NCBI GenBank assembly: GCA_904063045.1
Contig: CAJFCJ010000024.1
Location: forward strand, 124,001 to 188,000
Length of the DNA: 64,000 bases
Source: Dimorphilus gyrociliatus
Lineage: Eukaryota; Animalia; Annelida
Direction of reading: 5' to 3'
Shown: in pieces, positions 58,962 through 64,000 of the stretch
Layout: each line of letters begins with the position of its first letter
Position numbering within the stretch: the first letter of the stretch is position 1
Translations under genes and position numbers: made by a program
Notes under the pieces: model-generated
The model's database searches: none
Told to the model about the DNA's origin: nothing
Seen by the model: only the letters and a program-made list of their open reading frames with translations

Positions 58962-59797
58962 GTCTTGCAGTTAACAGGTACAGTTCTATCAACTGTTTTA
59001 CCTATCTCGATTTTTATATCTAATCTTTATCTTCTGATGACTCATACAGTTGTATATTTCAAAAAAAGACGTATAACAGTCAGATATGTTTTTTTTTTGT
59101 GGTTAAAAAACTATTTCTTCTTTAATCGAATATTAAAATTTTACCTAGAAGATAACTATCCAGTCAAGTATTGAACTTTTTATTAATTAGCTTAAAGAAA
59201 GTATTAATATGAGATTACATCTAATATGAATATGTTACGTATATAAACCGTAGCTGTGCTATATGAATAGGTTAATAGGCTGACGTAAACCAAGTATTGT
59301 TATATACAACGTTTTAGAATATATATTTGCAAATATGTATTGTCTATTTTAAACTTTCTAGTATTTAATTATTCTCCTCGTATTCTATTTATAGTTCAGA
59401 AAGTTAAATAAACAATATTATTTAATTATTTGTTTTTATTATTTTCTTTCTCTCTCTCTCTTTCTGTCAATCTATCTCTCTCCGTCAATACGTCTGTCTA
59501 TCAATCTGTCCATTTTTCCCTCTCTTTTAAATATATGCATACAACACTCGCCCACGAGTCGTGTATTCAAAATATTTCATCTTTCTGAGTTCGTGAAAGT
59601 ATCATTACTAATAGGCTTTATGCTGTTTTTACCACGTCCGGTTATATATAATAGAAATCAGCTCACGAGCCGTTAAAGTTCGCCTAATCCTACTAAATAA
59701 CAAGACACAGGTAGAGACATCTGTATTTTTCTTTGTAATTCTAGTGGAATAAGTGAAAACATCGTAATTATTAACATTGACAGTACTAATAAATGAC

Positions 59798-60784
59798 TTA
59801 TGAATCAATAACACTTATATTAGTTTTTGTGCTTGCAGATGAATCTTCAACTCTTCTAAAACATCTTCTAAACAAATGATATCTTCGAATTTGTTTACGG
59901 AATTCTTCATATCTAAAAGTGTAAATAATAGGATTAACACAACAATTAATGAATATCATAAAGACGCTAAATTGATGAAATGCTCCCCCCAGTTGTGTTA
60001 CTATACCCAAGTGAAATCCAATAAAATATATTTGGTTCCAAATCCAACAGAATATGAATGCCACGGCTACTATGGCAAATGTTTTAACAGTATTCTTTAT
60101 TCGGTGATTTCTTTGAATTTTCTTTTTGTCTGTGTTATTAGAGGTAACATTTTTGAAAAATATTAGACCAATAGATATATAACAAAAGCAAATGATTATT
60201 ATTGGTAAAATAAACTGAATTCCAATTAAAGTTATTCCAATAGTTCTTCTTGTTAGATCATTTGGCCATCTGGAAAATGATTGACACGTACCATTAACAA
60301 TTTTTGTTGAGGTTGATTGATAAATATATTGATAAGGTACGAATATAAGCCATATTATAACTGCTGCAAAAATAGCTTTATTTCTTGAAATATTTTTATG
60401 GAATATCGGATATTTTACAGAGACAAGCCTTTCAAGGGAAAGGAAAACCAGATTATAAGTTGACGCTATTAATAATCCAAACAGTTGTATACCACTGTAC
60501 CAGAAATGACAATATATAAACAAGGAGCTTGAACTTAGTTTAGTTGAATCAATTAAACGACCAGACCAATGGTCTAGAATCATAAATACTGATGCAAAGA
60601 AGTCTATAAAACTTTGATTTATTAAGAATACAGTTGAAAGAGATTTTCTTAATTTATCGTTACCCTTCAAGACAATAATGATAACAAAACTATTACCTAG
60701 CATTCCAACAATTGAGATGAGAGTTGTTATGACATCTTGAATGACTATAATTTTATGATTTTCACCTTCTGTTTGATTACTCAT
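59798..60784 (-). CDS. Rhodopsin-class (peptide-receptor-like, allatostatin-A/galanin-like) GPCR, 328 aa, intronless CDS
   Basis: Seven hydrophobic helices; GN in TM1, NQSFID in TM2, SLERL in TM3, FILP in TM5, FCW in TM6, VNPIIY in TM7. Confidence 0.9.
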   Translation of the reverse strand: MSNQTEGENHKIIVIQDVITTLISIVGMLGNSFVIIIVLKGNDKLRKSLSTVFLINQSFIDFFASVFMILDHWSGRLIDSTKLSSSSLFIYCHFWYSGIQLFGLLIASTYNLVFLSLERLVSVKYPIFHKNISRNKAIFAAVIIWLIFVPYQYIYQSTSTKIVNGTCQSFSRWPNDLTRRTIGITLIGIQFILPIIIICFCYISIGLIFFKNVTSNNTDKKKIQRNHRIKNTVKTFAIVAVAFIFCWIWNQIYFIGFHLGIVTQLGGAFHQFSVFMIFINCCVNPIIYTFRYEEFRKQIRRYHLFRRCFRRVEDSSASTKTNISVIDS

Positions 60785-63762
60785 TAATTCAGTCAGTCTT
60801 ATGAGTTAAGGTATAGAGAAGCATTGTATATATCTATTGTTCCTCAGACACTGCCTGTAAAGGAATAACGAAGCTTTCGTGTAATATAAACATGTATATA
60901 TATATATTCTGTATCTAAATTATATTAATTTATTTAAATGTAAAGAAAAGAATAAATTTACAAACTTATTTGCATATGTTAATATATAAACTGTATATGC
61001 ACATATACAATATATTAGCATAATAGTATGTGTCATAAAGTATATAAATTTTCATGTGTCAATTAAATATTTATAATAAATTACATAAACAGAATGTTTA
61101 TGTTCCTACCTATGATTAAATAATATCACGTTATATTTCAAAATGTACATTCTCAATATACAAAAGATACTATTAAATTGTAATTGCATAACTACTGTTA
61201 TAATAAACAAAGATAACCTTAACAGGATAGTTTAGATACATGTTCTCTCCTTAGAATGACGCTTTTAAATATTTTTAAATTAATATATAATTTACAATAT
61301 GTTATTAACCATAAGAAAAAAGCCTTTTACTTCAATTTTATTCGAAATATGATATAATAAAGAGAATATCTTTGTTCGTCTTTATGTAACGTTCAATTGA
61401 AATTTCAATAATAAATATGTCTGATTTTAGATTCTTTGTTAAGAAGTCTTTTTAATTATTTTATAAGTGATATATTTTTTAAGCGATCTTGATTGTCTTT
61501 ATGCACTTTAAGTGCATCCCTTTCACTCTCTCTCTCTCTTTCTCTTGCTCTCTATTTTTTTACATTTTCAACATTATGTGAATTTTTTTTCTGTGTACAA
61601 TTATAGTAATTATGTCGAAAGGATGAAAATGAGAGCAGTGTCTTAGTAATATTAATTGAAAAATTTATGAATGTTTCAAAATAAGATCATCTCTTAACAA
61701 ATAGAACTATTACGAAAGAGATCCTATTTATTTTATGAACAAGGAATTGCTATTTATTAAACTTTATGGTAAAATAATAGAAGCGCAAAGTTTAGCGGAG
61801 AATTACAATAATGTCTATATTTGCTGTATGATAGAGGAAAGTAAACTTTTAGCATTTATATGATATGTATACAATATATACTTTTTATAGAATACTTGCA
61901 CAATATGCACACCAAAAGTAATTACATGTCTTTTTTTATAATTATAGTTAGCCCTACTACATTTATAGTTTTATTATAAATCAGGCATGTAAAAGATTCT
62001 TTTATGTGCTATGTTAAAATGAAAGAGTTGTAAATTTAGCTGAAAAAACTACTGTATTTACTAAAACTTTAAAGATATAACTTCTATTACTGTTTTTATA
62101 ATAATTGAACATGATTGTACTTTTTAGGCTTGTCACCTAAAATATAAATCTAAATCAAAACCGTAAAAATAGTATAAAGATACATATACAGTATACATAT
62201 AAGGGCTGCAGAGAGTATAAGATAAAAATTATGTATCATTTGTTCATTAGCATGTAGGCTAATGAACTCTTATTCTTCTTCTTTACGAGTAAAATATCGG
62301 TTTTTTTCATTGTCTATCAAGCATTGTAGATATCAGAAGAGCTTGAAGTCTGTTTAGTAAAATTGAAGATACAAGGTATCCTTATCGTTTGTTTTTATAT
62401 ATACTTGAAATAGTAAAAAAATGAGAAGAATCTCTTTTCATTTTCCCTGTAGCTATATATTTACATATAGTATAGAGAATACAGCATATTTGTCTCATTG
62501 AAATTTCATAATTAGATAATAAGCCTAGAAAATTATAAATCTTTATTTTTTCCAACTTATCAGATGAAATCGGAGGAAGAAAACATAATTACATTTCTTA
62601 GTTTGCTATTGGGGAAGTAAAATCTTCTTTTGTGGATATAATATAACTTCTAGTCTGAGTGAATTGAATCACTTATATTGTTCTCCATATGGTCTACTTC
62701 AAGTCTTTGAAAATTAATACTGCTTCGGCACCCTTAGTAAGATCTCTAGGACATAATTTTGAAATGTCATAAATGGCTTTGTATCTGAGAACGCTGCCGT
62801 GATAATTGCTTTCAAAGAGAGAGTGGCTCATGTACGATACCTGCTACACTCGTGTAATTAGCCAAAGGCTATCACATTCCGCGTTTCTTGGAAAATTAAC
62901 CATCTTCGTTCTTAAAGAATTATCTTAAACAATATATAGACATATTCTTTATTTTTCAACGAACTTTGTCCTACCCAATTGCATATACAGACGTGAAACA
63001 AATAATTATTTTATGCTTATACAAACTACTTGATTGTTTACATTACTTTTAGATATTAGTCTTTACTTGTCTTTTACATGTCATAGGATTTATCCTTTCA
63101 TTTCGTACGCCATCTGTCGGATAAATAACGTGTCTTCAACGGAGGAGTTTTGTTTTAAAGTTACACACTTATTTAAAATATAATAAATAATTCGTGAATA
63201 AGATTGAGTTTCTCCTGAAAAATTTAATATTCATTTAAGAATTTTCAATATAATTTAGTAAAAAGACAAAGATAAGCAAAGTAAAAGTATTACAACTTTA
63301 GTGTTAATTTCTTTCTAAAATTATATATACTGTATATGTAACTTTATGCAATATATTTCTTTATGAATAAATGAAAGAATAAATGGCAATAATGGCAGAA
63401 ACAGGAAGATCACGTTTAAAAAGAGAAATACGTGAAACTTCTTTGAAATAAAAAATAAAGCAATATGGAGATGAAGAAAGGCTGAATTGTGATTACAATT
63501 CTGTAATAAAGAATTGGCTATAGCTTATGTATAAGTAGTGATGAATGAAATTTTAGTTGTCGATTGGAAACAGTGTCAATAGAGGTTTCTATTGTATTAT
63601 CTTAAAAATACAGTGAAAAGGCAAGGAGACATTAAAACAACATAAACAATTTGCAGAAGGAAACATCCATGCAACATTTTATACATTATGTAACTTTTAA
63701 AATGATATGAATTTGTGGACAAGTATTCAACAACAATTACAATATATAATCATTTTTTCTCA

Positions 63763-64000
63763 TTATGTTTCTATTGGAGTTTTTATAACAGATAATGAGC
63801 GTCTTTCAGGAAAGAGTTTGTGAAATATTAAATATTTACGTAGTTCTTTCCTAAAAGCAGAATATCTAAAAGTATATATAAACGGATTTATAAAACAATT
63901 TACAAATATCATAAACACTGAAAATAGACCAAAATCTGTTTCCAAATTATATACAATACCAAGATTGTAACATAGGAAATATACTTGATTGAATATCCAA
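63763..64000 (-). CDS. 3' end (TM6-TM7-tail) of a tandem paralogous GPCR; continues beyond the right edge
   Basis: The frame is open to the window edge: WIFNQVYFLCYNLGIVYNLETDFGLFSVFMIFVNCFINPFIYTFRYSAFRK aligns with WIWNQIYFIGFHLGIV...FSVFMIFINCCVNPIIYTFRYEEFRK of the 59798..60784 receptor. Confidence 0.85.
   Translation of the reverse strand, partial: WIFNQVYFLCYNLGIVYNLETDFGLFSVFMIFVNCFINPFIYTFRYSAFRKELRKYLIFHKLFPERRSLSVIKTPIET

Noticed and set aside
801-60166. Short track ORFs antisense to or overlapping real genes (for example 801, 4400, 7448, 10977, 11634, 15229, 20402, 23537, 23864, 24206, 27105, 29503, 32012, 38770, 58490, 59876)
   Set aside because: They are shadows of coding exons on the other strand or frame, with no independent motifs.
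62720-62732. GCTTCGGCA resembling the U6 snRNA 5' stem
   Set aside because: Only 9 nt match and the rest of U6 is absent.
1-64000. Transposons, tRNA/rRNA, CRISPR or prokaryotic systems
   Set aside because: I saw no transposase/RT ORF, long terminal repeats, cloverleaf or spacer array. The DNA is intron-containing animal sequence throughout.

Overview
This is AT-rich eukaryotic (metazoan) genomic DNA. It has short, mostly GT-AG introns (typically about 50-130 nt) and very high gene density, so the ORF track shows exon fragments; I rebuilt gene models by hand from splice sites. The style fits a miniaturised lophotrochozoan genome such as the annelid Dimorphilus, but that assignment is inference only. 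I support 23 protein-coding genes. The left 33.7 kb holds 17 of them, mostly as head-to-head pairs: VPS33A (partial), a front-end fatty-acid desaturase, CRBN, CEP83, an orphan disordered protein, an interleaved cluster of two acyl-CoA-synthetase/luciferase-like (ANL) genes and three quiver/Ly6 three-finger genes, a CREC EF-hand gene, an orphan basic nuclear protein, tafazzin, an ASCT-type CoA-transferase, an RPA34/PAF49-like gene with a Nopp140-like N-terminus, a mucin-like membrane protein and USP15-like. The right 30 kb is sparse: an intronless chitin synthase, RXYLT1/TMEM5 with kb-sized introns, an olfactomedin protein, a proteinase-K-like S8 protease and two tandem rhodopsin GPCRs. The most notable observations are (1) the ANL/Ly6 cluster, with a precise intron presence/absence difference and a 244-bp identical tract between otherwise diverged paralogues; (2) two independent junctions best explained by non-canonical AG|GA...AG introns; and (3) the Nopp140-like/RPA34 architecture. 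I found no tRNA, rRNA, CRISPR array or recognisable transposase.
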